Counted from the first letter of the stretch, positions 36,354 through 45,422 are shown. The stretch is DNA of 48,865 bases from Candidatus Parcubacteria bacterium (GCA_023131055.1 JAGMAB010000002.1:1-48865), one strand, 5' to 3'. Notes: generated from the letters alone by a model not told the origin. A program made the numbers and translations.

Positions 36354-38357
36354 ATAAAATTTAAATCCATAATTCTAAAATTTAGTAGAATAGGATTAAC
36401 TACATTATTAGTAGCTGCGATTTTTCTTTCTTTAAATATCCCAACCGCAATGGCTTGGGATTGGTCTTGGTTGTCTTGGGTTGAATCAAAAGAATTTAAA
36501 ATTAAAGAAGATGATGAGAATTTTTTAAAAATTAAAGAGGAATTAGGAATTGAAGAGATATATACATGGACAGAAGAAAATATCATTCGCTCCCCTGAAC
36601 TGATTACTTTTACTGATCACGAATTAGAAAAAATTCTTAATGAAAAAATAGGTTCCGAAGTTTCAGATTTAACCTATGGAGTTGCTATTTTAGATATTTT
36701 GTATGAAAGAGATATAGTTGATGCCCTTCCCGGTTCTTCATGGCACCAGAAAAAGTATATAGATATTTATTTTGAAAATATGTCTAATATAAACTTTTGG
36801 GCTAAAGAAGGTCAATTTACGGCTGAAAAATTTTTAGGAGAATGCTCGGGAGTTATTGGAAGTACTATTCTTATGATACCTGATTTGCTTGAAGCAGGAG
36901 TTAGCTTTAAAATGCTATCGAAAACATTTAAGAGTAAAGTTTACTGGCATTATTTTCAGGAATGTTCTCAAGGTATAGATAGCGATAATACATTTATGAT
37001 TGGAATAGAAGTAGGATGTTATCCTGTTGGAGGTCTTCCACGTATATATTTAGACTCGGCAGGAAATTTAAACGAGAAGGGCAAAAAAACAAAGGAATAC
37101 TTGGAAAAACTATGGAACCAATATGGAGAAGGTTATGATTCAGACTCGCGTAAAGGAGGATTAACAAAAGAGTTTAAATTTCAACATAAGAAGGAACTCA
37201 CAGAAATTCTTATTTTTGCGATTAAAGAATTACGAGAAGAGAAAAAATTTCTGCCACTTCCTACTTGGGAAGAAATAGAAAAACCCAAATCTGCTGAAGA
37301 TAAAGATTCCGAAACAGCATCATTAGTTCTGCCATCAGTCATAGAAGAAATCGCAGAACAAGGAGAGAAAGAGCAAGCGAAAGAAGAAAAAAAACCGCCG
37401 GCCAAAGAAAAAGATATTTTGTCAGGAAAATATGTAAGCATAGTTGACGAAGATGATTTTGTAGAACTTTATAAAGATAAAACTTTTTACACACCGGAAT
37501 CTTTTTCTTACTCTATGAAAGCCTACGGGATGGAGTATGGCGCGGAAGCGAAGTATGAATTTTTTGGAAAGTATAATATTCGAGATAATAATATCTTCTT
37601 CAAATATAATAAGGTTAAAATTGAATCAGGAGGATTTGAAATTGAGACAGATCTTTTTGGCGTTTCTATCAACTGTACTTTATCTCTTGATGGTTTTGAT
37701 TGTCCGGATGGAAGTCAATATAGGAAATATGAAAAAGATGAATTCATAGAGCAAGGAGAAAAAGAGCCAAGAGAAGAAAAAACAGAAGGATCGGGGGTCG
37801 GAGAATCTGTTCTTTTAAAATATCGTTTGTGTTCTCCGATGAATCAGAAAAAAGAAAAAGTTGATTCTCAAATAGAAGTAAGTTTGGGAACATGGATTGA
37901 TAAAAATCTTGGTCTTAAAATGAGATGGATTAGTTGTAGAGAAAACGAGGGTATATGGAGTAGTGGATATCTTGACATTGAAGACCATACAGTGATTGGA
38001 GAACATCTTTGGGTAGTGGGAACCATAGAGGGTGGTGATGGTTTGATTTTTTATAGTCGAGATGGCGGAATATCTTGGGAACTTCAATGGAACGAACCTC
38101 ATAAGATGTTTGGTGGATCCTATCCTTTTGTGGTATATTTTTTAAATATAACAGAAGGATGGGTTGGAATGAAAGGTGATTTTTTTTATACTAAAAATGG
38201 TGGCAAAAACTGGATATCCAACGATGTGCCCAACGAAGGTTCTTATATAAAAGAATATTGGTTTTATAACGATCAACGGATTGTAGCAAAAACTGCCTAT
38301 GGTAATATCGTTTGCGAATCGGTTAATGGTGGAGAAAATTGGGAGTGTGATCCTTAA
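36354..38357 (+). CDS. Secreted multidomain protein with C-terminal BNR/Ycf48-like repeats; start uncertain (first ATG at 36450)
   Basis: SRDGGISW, TKNGGKNW, SVNGGENW. An in-frame signal peptide lies upstream of the first ATG. Confidence 0.65.
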   Translation: MKFKSIILKFSRIGLTTLLVAAIFLSLNIPTAMAWDWSWLSWVESKEFKIKEDDENFLKIKEELGIEEIYTWTEENIIRSPELITFTDHELEKILNEKIGSEVSDLTYGVAILDILYERDIVDALPGSSWHQKKYIDIYFENMSNINFWAKEGQFTAEKFLGECSGVIGSTILMIPDLLEAGVSFKMLSKTFKSKVYWHYFQECSQGIDSDNTFMIGIEVGCYPVGGLPRIYLDSAGNLNEKGKKTKEYLEKLWNQYGEGYDSDSRKGGLTKEFKFQHKKELTEILIFAIKELREEKKFLPLPTWEEIEKPKSAEDKDSETASLVLPSVIEEIAEQGEKEQAKEEKKPPAKEKDILSGKYVSIVDEDDFVELYKDKTFYTPESFSYSMKAYGMEYGAEAKYEFFGKYNIRDNNIFFKYNKVKIESGGFEIETDLFGVSINCTLSLDGFDCPDGSQYRKYEKDEFIEQGEKEPREEKTEGSGVGESVLLKYRLCSPMNQKKEKVDSQIEVSLGTWIDKNLGLKMRWISCRENEGIWSSGYLDIEDHTVIGEHLWVVGTIEGGDGLIFYSRDGGISWELQWNEPHKMFGGSYPFVVYFLNITEGWVGMKGDFFYTKNGGKNWISNDVPNEGSYIKEYWFYNDQRIVAKTAYGNIVCESVNGGENWECDP

Positions 38358-38445
38358 TTGTCTAAATGAGCAGTCATAAATCTAAAATATAAAAGAGAAT
38401 TCGTTAATTATTTGTTTCTATACAAAAGAAGCAATAATGTATAAA

Positions 38446-38476
38446 AAAGCAGGTATTTCCCCCTGCTTTCTTTATT
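38446..38476 (+). terminator. Putative intrinsic terminator
   Basis: AAAGCAGG-TATTTCCC-CCTGCTTT-CTTTATT. Confidence 0.55.
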
Positions 38477-38636
38477 ACTGACAACTAAAAAATAGTGCTA
38501 TAATTATACAAAAGATAAAACTGTATAAAAAATATGCAGGGAAAATCACTCATACAAAAAAGAACAGGGAAAATTAAGGTCAACTCTATTTTTTTAGAAA
38601 TAGTGAATAATAAGATAGGATGAGTAATAAGCTATT

Positions 38637-38918
38637 ATGACTGAAGTAACTAAATTTATAAAACAAGAAGCAAAAGAAAATGGTGAAGTGGTAAGAACAT
38701 GCCCGCTTGTATATGGTGGAGCCTCTGTGGAAGTTAAGCTTTATATCTTTTTCAAAAATGGAAAAATCACGAGGTCTATAAAATGGAGTTTTATGAACAA
38801 TCTTTTTCTTCCTAAAGATCAATGTCGATTGACTTATTATGATTTTAAAGAAACAATGGAACAGATTTCATTTTGGCATAAAATAGGCAAGGTGCCGATT
38901 TTCAAAAATAGTGAGTAG
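38637..38918 (+). CDS. Hypothetical protein
   Basis: 93-aa ORF with no recognisable motif. Confidence 0.45.
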   Translation: MTEVTKFIKQEAKENGEVVRTCPLVYGGASVEVKLYIFFKNGKITRSIKWSFMNNLFLPKDQCRLTYYDFKETMEQISFWHKIGKVPIFKNSE

Positions 38919-38973
38919 CCATAAGTAATAAAATAAAATAAATCTATGGAAGAAAAAAATAAAGAGAAAAATT

Positions 38974-39324
38974 ATGACTAGAAATAAAATCATCTTAACT
39001 TTAATTTTGACGATATTTTTATTTTTTTTGTCACTTTTCTATGTGAGAAATGAAGTATGTTGTATGTTTTCCAGTATTCGACATCGTGGATTTCCTTATC
39101 AAATAATAGCAATATCTAAAGGAACCGATAATTGGGAAGAAGCAAAAAAAGTTTATTCTCTTAATGACTTAGAGCTTTTAAATCAGGGTTGGAAATTAAA
39201 AATAGGTTCTGGCTTTGATCCACTTTTTTGGAGTATTTCTTTTAATTTTATATTTTATTTAGCCATAAGCAGAGGATTAATTTTTATATTTGAACGAGTA
39301 AAACAAAACTATGATCAGAAATAA
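38974..39324 (+). CDS. Two-TM membrane protein
   Basis: N- and C-terminal hydrophobic helices, RGFP motif; overlaps the mltG start. Confidence 0.65.
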   Translation: MTRNKIILTLILTIFLFFLSLFYVRNEVCCMFSSIRHRGFPYQIIAISKGTDNWEEAKKVYSLNDLELLNQGWKLKIGSGFDPLFWSISFNFIFYLAISRGLIFIFERVKQNYDQK

Positions 39325-40567
39325 AAAAATCGCAATCGCAGGCGGGATAATTTTGGTGATAGGGATTTTTATTGGAGCATACCAATGTTTATTTTCAGCG
39401 CCGGAAAAAGAATTTGAAATGGAAAGAATTGTAATCAATCTTGGTACAACCGAAGAAGAATTAATTCCCAAATTAAAAGAACAGGGGTATATAAGAAGCG
39501 AATGGGCTTTCAAATTTGTGCTAAAAAGAAAAGATTGGCAAGGCAAAATCAAGCCGGGTGGATATAAGGTTTCAAAGAATATGAATGTTTGGATGTTGGC
39601 AGAAACTTTTATTAGATTTCGAGACCAGAATTGGATAGTGATACCAGAGGGGCTAAGGAAAGAAGAAATAGCAGAAATAGCAAAGAAAGAACTTGGCTGG
39701 ATAGATAACACAAAAGAGGAATTCTTAAATTACGCTAAAGAAGGATACTTATTTCCTGACACTTACTTACTTGATGTGTTTAATATTAGAGATGCAGGTA
39801 AGAAAGTAGCCAAAAGAATGGAAAATAATTTCAATGAAAAATGCCAAGAAATCTTTAAAGAATTTGAAGAGGCGAATATTCGCAATGACACAGCAATCAC
39901 TCTTGCTTCAATCATTCAAAGAGAAGCAGCTAATAAAGAACAAATGCCGCTGATAGCGGGAATTATCTGGAACAGGTTGTTAAAACCAATGCCTTTACAG
40001 GTAGACGCGACTATTCAATACATTGTCGGAGAGCCGGGTAATTGGTGGCGGCCGGTAACGCCAGAAGAATACAAAATAGAATCACTATATAATACCTATT
40101 TACATGAAGGAAGACCGCCGGCGCCAATCTGCAATCCGGGATTAGCGGCAATTGAAGCGGTGGTTTACGACCAGCCCAGCGATTACTTTTACTACTTACA
40201 CGACAGTAAGGGAGAAATTCATCTTGCCAAAACTTATAAAGAACACAAAGCGAATATAGAGCAATACCTGCTTGAAATTATAATAGGAACAATTACAGAT
40301 GTAGCATTAAGCGCCAAAGTCATCACAATACAAAACCAAGAAGGGAAGGAAATAAGTTTGGCAATTACTGACGAAACAAAACTTTTTCTAAATAGTTTAG
40401 GAGAAAGAGTAGAAGTAAAATTAAAAGATTTCCAGCAAGGCATGGAAATTAGAAGTGCAGGGAGATGGACAGGCAAAAATACATTTCTCCCAAAAATGAT
40501 TCAGATACAAGTAAATGCAAGTATAGAGCTTCCAACTGAACCACCGGAAATAATCTTTGTTCCCTGA
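39311..40567 (+). CDS. mltG: Endolytic transglycosylase MltG with an extra C-terminal beta domain
   Basis: IPEGLR, EGYLFPDTY, LASIIQRE, NRL..MPLQVDAT, YNTY..GRPPAPICNPG, YFYY. Confidence 0.9.
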   Translation: MIRNKKIAIAGGIILVIGIFIGAYQCLFSAPEKEFEMERIVINLGTTEEELIPKLKEQGYIRSEWAFKFVLKRKDWQGKIKPGGYKVSKNMNVWMLAETFIRFRDQNWIVIPEGLRKEEIAEIAKKELGWIDNTKEEFLNYAKEGYLFPDTYLLDVFNIRDAGKKVAKRMENNFNEKCQEIFKEFEEANIRNDTAITLASIIQREAANKEQMPLIAGIIWNRLLKPMPLQVDATIQYIVGEPGNWWRPVTPEEYKIESLYNTYLHEGRPPAPICNPGLAAIEAVVYDQPSDYFYYLHDSKGEIHLAKTYKEHKANIEQYLLEIIIGTITDVALSAKVITIQNQEGKEISLAITDETKLFLNSLGERVEVKLKDFQQGMEIRSAGRWTGKNTFLPKMIQIQVNASIELPTEPPEIIFVP

Positions 40568-40821
40568 CTTACATCAAGGCATAGCTGGCCGTAATAATTC
40601 TTTCATTTGTTTTAGTGCTCTTTTTGGATAATCGAATACTTCTTTTTAATCTAATGTTTTTAAATGGTTCGTCAAAGCGAGCTATTTTTTTGTAATTTTA
40701 GAGATTTTGTGATAAAGTAATGGCGTTAAAGTGTCGGATTAAGATTTAAATTAAGTTTTAGTTGTTGCCAATTTTGTAATTCTTGTATGATTTGGTTCCA
40801 ATTAAATTCTATATACTCCAC

Positions 40822-41838
40822 ATGGAAGGGAAAAAAATAGCGATAATTGGAGTTGGCGGACGGACCGGAACAATGTTTGCTTTTGAATTGGGAAAAGCTA
40901 ATAATATTTTGGGCATTAGCAGAGAAAAAGAAGTTGAACAAATCAAAGAAAGAAAACTTTATGTCCAGAGACAAGGCAGGCAGCCAGAATTATTTGAGGG
41001 AAAAGTGAGCAGCGATTTTCAATTTTCTTCCGCGGAAGTACCTGACATTATTTTCATGGCTACCAAAAATCCGGTTGGCCCGGTAGTAAAATACTATTAT
41101 CAAAAAATTAAAGATACTGGAAAATTTCCGGCTTTAGTTCTTTCTCAAAACGGCATTGCCGCAATACAGGACGCTATACAGGCGTTGGAAGAAGTTTTCG
41201 GTTTAGAACAAAGCAAGAAAATTCAAATAATACGGCTCAATCTTTTTAACGCAATAGACAGAAAAGAACTTGGAGACAAAATTTATGTGAGTTATTCTCT
41301 GCCAATCAGAATTGCTTTTACCAGCGCTTATGGTCCAAAAGACATTCAAGACATTGCTTTTCTTTTTAAGCAAGCAGGGTTTGAAGCCAAAGAATTTCCT
41401 TGCTCGCAAGTCAAGGATATGGAATTTTCCAAACTCTTTTTAAATTTAATTGGCATGGCTTCAGCAGTTAAAGGACTTTCAATAAACCAAGGATTTAGAG
41501 ATAAGCAAACATTCAAACAGGAAGCAGAAGCGCTCAAAGAATATATCAAGGTTGTTCACGCTAGCGGAAGCAATTTTGTTAATTTCCCTCATTATCCGGT
41601 AAAACTGCTTGCTTGCTTGTTTTTTTTCCTGCCAATGAATATTCTTTTAATTTTCAGGAATTATTTGGCTAAACTAATAAGCAAAGGAAGGCAGGGAAAG
41701 CCAAAAGGCAATTTAGATGAAATTGAATATTACAACGGCGCAGTAATTGATTTGGCAGAAAAAAATAATATACCCGCCACATTAAATCAACAAATACTCA
41801 AAAAAGCGTTAGAATTGGAGGCGTGCGAGAGTGGTTGA
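40822..41838 (+). CDS. Ketopantoate reductase (ApbA/PanE) family oxidoreductase
   Basis: IAIIGVGG..G, FMATK, LSQNGI, FSKLFLN, EIEYYNG..IPA.N. Confidence 0.75.
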   Translation: MEGKKIAIIGVGGRTGTMFAFELGKANNILGISREKEVEQIKERKLYVQRQGRQPELFEGKVSSDFQFSSAEVPDIIFMATKNPVGPVVKYYYQKIKDTGKFPALVLSQNGIAAIQDAIQALEEVFGLEQSKKIQIIRLNLFNAIDRKELGDKIYVSYSLPIRIAFTSAYGPKDIQDIAFLFKQAGFEAKEFPCSQVKDMEFSKLFLNLIGMASAVKGLSINQGFRDKQTFKQEAEALKEYIKVVHASGSNFVNFPHYPVKLLACLFFFLPMNILLIFRNYLAKLISKGRQGKPKGNLDEIEYYNGAVIDLAEKNNIPATLNQQILKKALELEACESG

Positions 41839-41906
41839 ATCGGGCAGTTTCGAAAACTGCTATAGCTGAAAAGTTATCGAAGGTTCGAATCCTTCCGCCT
41901 CCGCCA
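41817..41906 (+). tRNA. tRNA-Ser(CGA)
   Basis: GGAGGCG...GCAGT-TTCGAAA-ACTGC, long variable arm, CGCCTCC-G-CCA. Confidence 0.95.
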
Positions 41907-41979
41907 CGCAAAAAACAGGTAATTTTATCTGTTTTTTCTTGCTTAAAAGCAAAAAAAGTGCTATTATTAAACGCACAAT

Positions 41980-42405
41980 ATGTTTAATTTTTTCAAAAAG
42001 AAAAAACAACAGCCGAAAAATTTTAAAGAAATTTTATGTGGTTTTGCAATCCTGGAAGAAAAAATTGAGAAGATTTCTAAAGAGATTGAGCTCTTGAAAA
42101 AGGAAAATAAATTTTCAATAAAGAAAATAGGAGTAATCAGATTTAATCCTTTTAAGGAAGTTGGCGGAGACCAGAGCTTTTGTTTAGCTTTATTAGATAG
42201 TGATGATACAGGCGTTGTTATTACGAGTTTATATAATAGGGAAGGAAACAGGGTCTATGGCAAAGCGATAAAAAACAGCCGGTCCCAATATGAACTTTCT
42301 CAAGAAGAAATCAAAGCAATTGAAAAGGCAAAATATGAAAATGAACACAAAGACGCAAAATTCAATAATTCGTCCGCCAATAGTAGTGGTTCTGGGACAC
42401 ATTGA
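41980..42405 (+). CDS. DUF4446-family protein
   Basis: GVIRFNPF..GGDQSF.LALLD...GVVITSL...YGK..LSQEE. Confidence 0.8.
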   Translation: MFNFFKKKKQQPKNFKEILCGFAILEEKIEKISKEIELLKKENKFSIKKIGVIRFNPFKEVGGDQSFCLALLDSDDTGVVITSLYNREGNRVYGKAIKNSRSQYELSQEEIKAIEKAKYENEHKDAKFNNSSANSSGSGTH

Positions 42406-43828
42406 CCATGGAAAATCAAGCTTGCTTTGCGCCATTAAGGACTTCAAAATTACTGAAAAAGAATCAGGCGGCATTACCCAGCATATCGGCGCTTACCAGA
42501 TTGAACAGCAGGGCAAAAAAATTACTTTTATTGACACTCCCGGCCATGAAGCGTTTTCAGCTATGCGCTCGCGCGGAGCCAAAGTAGCTGACATTGCTGT
42601 TTTAGTGGTGGATTGTTCAGAGGGAGTAAAAACGCAGACAAAAGAAGCGATTTTGGACATTAAAAAAGCAGGAATTCCCATAATTATTGCTTTGAATAAA
42701 ATTGACAAGCCCGCGGCAGACCCGGAAAGAGTAAAAAAAGAATTATCCAAACAAGACATTTTAGTGGAATCAATAGGCGGAAAAATTCCTTCGGTTGAAA
42801 CATCAGCTAAAACAGGAAAAGGAATTTCTGAACTTTTGGAAATAATATTATTGGTGGCTGAAATGGAAAATCTGCAGGCAGACCTTTCAAAACAAGCAGA
42901 GGGCTTGGTTATTGAGTCATATATGGATAAATTAAGAGGTCCGACTGCCACTTTGCTTTTAACAAACGGAACTTTGGAAAAAGGAGATATTTTAGCCACT
43001 TTTTCCTGTTCAGGGAAGATTAAAAAATTAGAAAACTTTCAAGGAATTTCAGTTGAGCAAATCTTTCCTTCAGACCCGGCTATCATTATAGGTTTTGAAA
43101 ATGTTCCAAAAACAGGCGAAAAATTTAAAGTTTTTTCCAATTTGGAAGACGCGAAAAATTACCAAAAAACGGCTGAAAAAAGAATTGCCGAAGTGTTAGA
43201 GATTTCGCCTGACCAAAAAGTTTTAAATTTAGTTCTAAAAACGGATGTGGTTGGCACAATTGAAGCAATTGAAACAGTTTTAAAAAATCTTCCCCAGGAA
43301 AAAGTAATTTTAAGAATTTTGAAAGCAGAAGCCGGAGACATAAACGAATCAGACATTAAATTAGCCAAATCCGGAAAAGCGATAATTTTGGGCTTTCGGG
43401 TAAAAATGAATTCGTCTGCCAAACTCATGTTTGAAAGGGAGAAAATAAGAGTAATGAATTTTGATGTTATTTATGATTTAGTGGAAGGAACGCGGAAAGC
43501 AATGGAGAAAAGAATGGAAGTTGAACAGGTTAGAATTGATGTTGGCAAAGTTAAAGCGCTTATTATTTTTCTGACTGAAAAAAACCGCCAGATTGTCGGC
43601 GGAAAAGTGATTGAGGGCGAAGTTAAAAAAGGAACTAAAATTGAGGTTTTGAGGAATGAGGAAAAGATTGGTCAGGGAAAACTTATCAGTCTTCAAAAAG
43701 ATAAAAAAGACATTGACAAGGTGAGCAAAGGAGGAGAGTGCGGAATACTTTATGAAGGAAATGTTAAAGTTGAACAAGGAGATGTATTGAAGATATACAC
43801 GGAAGAGCGGAAAAAAGGAGAACTTTGA
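42341..43828 (+). CDS. infB: Translation initiation factor IF-2 (short form lacking the N-terminal domain)
   Basis: RPPIVVVLGHIDHGKS, GGITQHIGAY, DTPGHEAF, NKID, ECGI. Confidence 0.96.
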   Translation: MNTKTQNSIIRPPIVVVLGHIDHGKSSLLCAIKDFKITEKESGGITQHIGAYQIEQQGKKITFIDTPGHEAFSAMRSRGAKVADIAVLVVDCSEGVKTQTKEAILDIKKAGIPIIIALNKIDKPAADPERVKKELSKQDILVESIGGKIPSVETSAKTGKGISELLEIILLVAEMENLQADLSKQAEGLVIESYMDKLRGPTATLLLTNGTLEKGDILATFSCSGKIKKLENFQGISVEQIFPSDPAIIIGFENVPKTGEKFKVFSNLEDAKNYQKTAEKRIAEVLEISPDQKVLNLVLKTDVVGTIEAIETVLKNLPQEKVILRILKAEAGDINESDIKLAKSGKAIILGFRVKMNSSAKLMFEREKIRVMNFDVIYDLVEGTRKAMEKRMEVEQVRIDVGKVKALIIFLTEKNRQIVGGKVIEGEVKKGTKIEVLRNEEKIGQGKLISLQKDKKDIDKVSKGGECGILYEGNVKVEQGDVLKIYTEERKKGEL

Positions 43829-43829
43829 T

Positions 43830-44168
43830 ATGAGTGAACGCATTAGAAAAGTTAATGAGCTTATAAAACGGGAATTATCCCAGATTATTCTTCGGGAAAT
43901 TGATTTTTCAAAAGGTGTCTTGGTAACCATAACCAGAGTGGAAGCATCTCCTAATTTAATTCAGGCAAAAGTTTATATAAGCGCGCTTCCCGAAGACCAG
44001 CTCACAAATGTTTTTCATATCTTGAAACAAAGAGTTTACAACATTCAGCAATTATTGAACAAGCGTTTGAAAATGCGTCCAATGCCCAAGATTGAAATTA
44101 TGGAAGAAAAAGAGACCAAACAAGCCGGCAGAATTGAAGAAATTCTGGAAAAAATTAAAAAACAATAA
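43830..44168 (+). CDS. rbfA: Ribosome-binding factor A
   Basis: RIRKVNELIKRELS..VTITRV..AKVYIS; follows infB. Confidence 0.92.
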   Translation: MSERIRKVNELIKRELSQIILREIDFSKGVLVTITRVEASPNLIQAKVYISALPEDQLTNVFHILKQRVYNIQQLLNKRLKMRPMPKIEIMEEKETKQAGRIEEILEKIKKQ

Positions 44169-44173
44169 ATTAT

Positions 44174-44246
44174 GGCACGGTAGCCAAGTAGCTAAGGCAT
44201 TGGTCTGCAAAACCAATATACATGGGTGCAATTCCCATCCGTGCCT
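44174..44246 (+). tRNA. tRNA-Cys(GCA)
   Basis: GGCACGG...TTGGT-CTGCAAA-ACCAA...CCGTGCC-T; atypical D and T loops. Confidence 0.88.
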
Positions 44247-44254
44247 CAAGATTT

Positions 44255-44337
44255 GCCCGGGTGCTGGAATGGTAGACAGTCTTGGCTTAAAACCAAGTGA
44301 GGTTTTCCTCGTGTGGGTTCGAATCCCACTCCGGGCA
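44255..44337 (+). tRNA. tRNA-Leu(TAA)
   Basis: GCCCGGG...CTTGG-CTTAAAA-CCAAG, variable arm, TCCGGGC-A. Confidence 0.93.
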
Positions 44338-44340
44338 CAT

Positions 44341-44372
44341 AAAAAGTCCCGCTTTCATAGCGGGACTTTTTT
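44341..44372. terminator. Bidirectional intrinsic terminator
   Basis: AAAAAGTCCCGCT-TTCAT-AGCGGGACTTTTTT between convergent genes. Confidence 0.8.
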
Positions 44373-44437
44373 ATTACTTAAATCATTGATTCGTGGTCAG
44401 TAGAATAGAGTAAAATTGAATTTAAGGAAATTAAATT

Positions 44438-44923
44438 TTAACTTTCTAGAATTTCGATAAAAGTTCTTTTTGCTCCGAAGTTTTTTGCCTCCTCGTAAGA
44501 AGCGCACCAAACATCAATATGATAATTTCCTTTTCTCCAGTGCATTCTGTCTTCAACTACAAAAATTTTATCTCCGTAAATTTCCGGCATACGGATTTTC
44601 GTTCCAAAAGGATATTTGTTATTTGCCACAATTCCGTCTTTAACCCAGGTTCCGGCGGCGGTAATAAACGGGTCATTGTCTGTTTGCCAGACAGTGCTTG
44701 AATAAGCGGTTACTATTACACGGATTTTTTGGACAACTTCAGGCTCTGGATTTTGAGGATTGCTGTTTGCTGAAAGAGTATTTTCCTGAACAAAAAACAA
44801 TCTTTCTTCAACAGAAAATTCTGTCTCAGTATTTTGAGTTTTTGATTCTAAAATCGGAAAAAAATCAAACAAGACCGCTGAACCAATTATTAGAATAATT
44901 AATAATAAGAGATTTTTATTCAT
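44438..44923 (-). CDS. 3D-domain (MltA-like) secreted protein
   Basis: TAYSS..QTD..PFITA, PFGTKI, VEDR, HIDVW. Confidence 0.85.
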   Translation of the reverse strand: MNKNLLLLIILIIGSAVLFDFFPILESKTQNTETEFSVEERLFFVQENTLSANSNPQNPEPEVVQKIRVIVTAYSSTVWQTDNDPFITAAGTWVKDGIVANNKYPFGTKIRMPEIYGDKIFVVEDRMHWRKGNYHIDVWCASYEEAKNFGAKRTFIEILES

Positions 44924-45008
44924 TTTCAATCCCGCTTTTAGCGGGATTGTATTATATTAGTTTGTTTTGTGAGTTTGTCAACCCTTCGGCAAATTTAGGG
45001 CAAGTATA

Positions 45009-45083
45009 TGGAGCGGGTGAGCGGAATTGAACCGCCGTTGTCTCGTTGGCAACGAGACGTAATAGCCACTATACGACACCCGC
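45009..45083 (-). tRNA. tRNA-Gly(GCC)
   Basis: TCTCG-TTGCCAA-CGAGA; encoded CCA. Confidence 0.95.
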
Positions 45084-45090
45084 GCTCCTG

Positions 45091-45162
45091 TGCCGCGGGT
45101 GAGAATTGAACTCACGACTTCTTCTTTTTCAGAGAAGCGCTCTACCACTGAGCTACCGCGGC
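45091..45162 (-). tRNA. tRNA-Phe(GAA)
   Basis: GCCGCGG...CTTCT-CTGAAAA-AGAAG...CCGCGGC-A. Confidence 0.95.
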
Positions 45163-45206
45163 GTGATTAAAATAATAATTATCAATGATTATTAATCAAT
45201 AATTAG

Positions 45207-45280
45207 TGGACGGTACAGGACTTGAACCTGTAACCCCCGCGATGTAAACGCGATGCTCTAGCCAATTGAGCTAACCGTCC
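45207..45280 (-). tRNA. tRNA-Val(TAC)
   Basis: GGACGGT...TCGCG-TTTACAT-CGCGG...ACCGTCC-A. Confidence 0.93.
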
Positions 45281-45298
45281 CTATATTTCTTCTTTTTA

Positions 45299-45331
45299 AT
45301 TAAAAATTAAAAATTAAAAATTAAAAATTAA
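45299..45331. repeat. (TTAAAAA)x4 heptamer tandem repeat
   Basis: Directly visible between tRNA-Leu and tRNA-Val. Confidence 0.85.
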
Positions 45332-45339
45332 TTTGGGGG

Positions 45340-45422
45340 TGCCCAGGGCGGGACTCGAACCCGCACGCTCTTACGAGCATAGAGCCTCAGTCTATTGCGT
45401 TTACCAATTACGCCACCTGGGC
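45340..45422 (-). tRNA. tRNA-Leu(GAG)
   Basis: GCCCAGG...ATAGA-CTGAGGC-TCTAT, variable arm. Confidence 0.93.

Larger units (their letters stand above)
26560..38470. mobile_element. Integrative phage-satellite-like element at tRNA-Ala(GGC); right boundary uncertain (38.4-40.7 kb)
   Basis: Recombinase abuts the tRNA; TerS-like, helicase and CHC2 genes plus iteron origin run leftward; hypothetical cargo runs rightward. No capsid or tail genes; no attR found by eye. Confidence 0.7.

Noticed and set aside
35170-37730. Diversity-generating retroelement TR/VR pair
   Set aside because: No reverse transcriptase; both copies are coding, differ by indels and show no evident adenine-restricted pattern.
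31471-40567. Integron cassette array
   Set aside because: Genes are co-oriented, but there is no IntI and no recurring attC-like R''/R' boxes between genes.
38357-40820. attR duplicate of the tRNA-Ala 3' end
   Set aside because: No convincing copy found by eye. Serine integrase cores can be very short, so the boundary stays undefined.
44092-44403. ORFs spanning tRNA-Cys and tRNA-Leu (also 45333-45599 and the 23834 start)
   Set aside because: They overlap well-formed tRNA genes.
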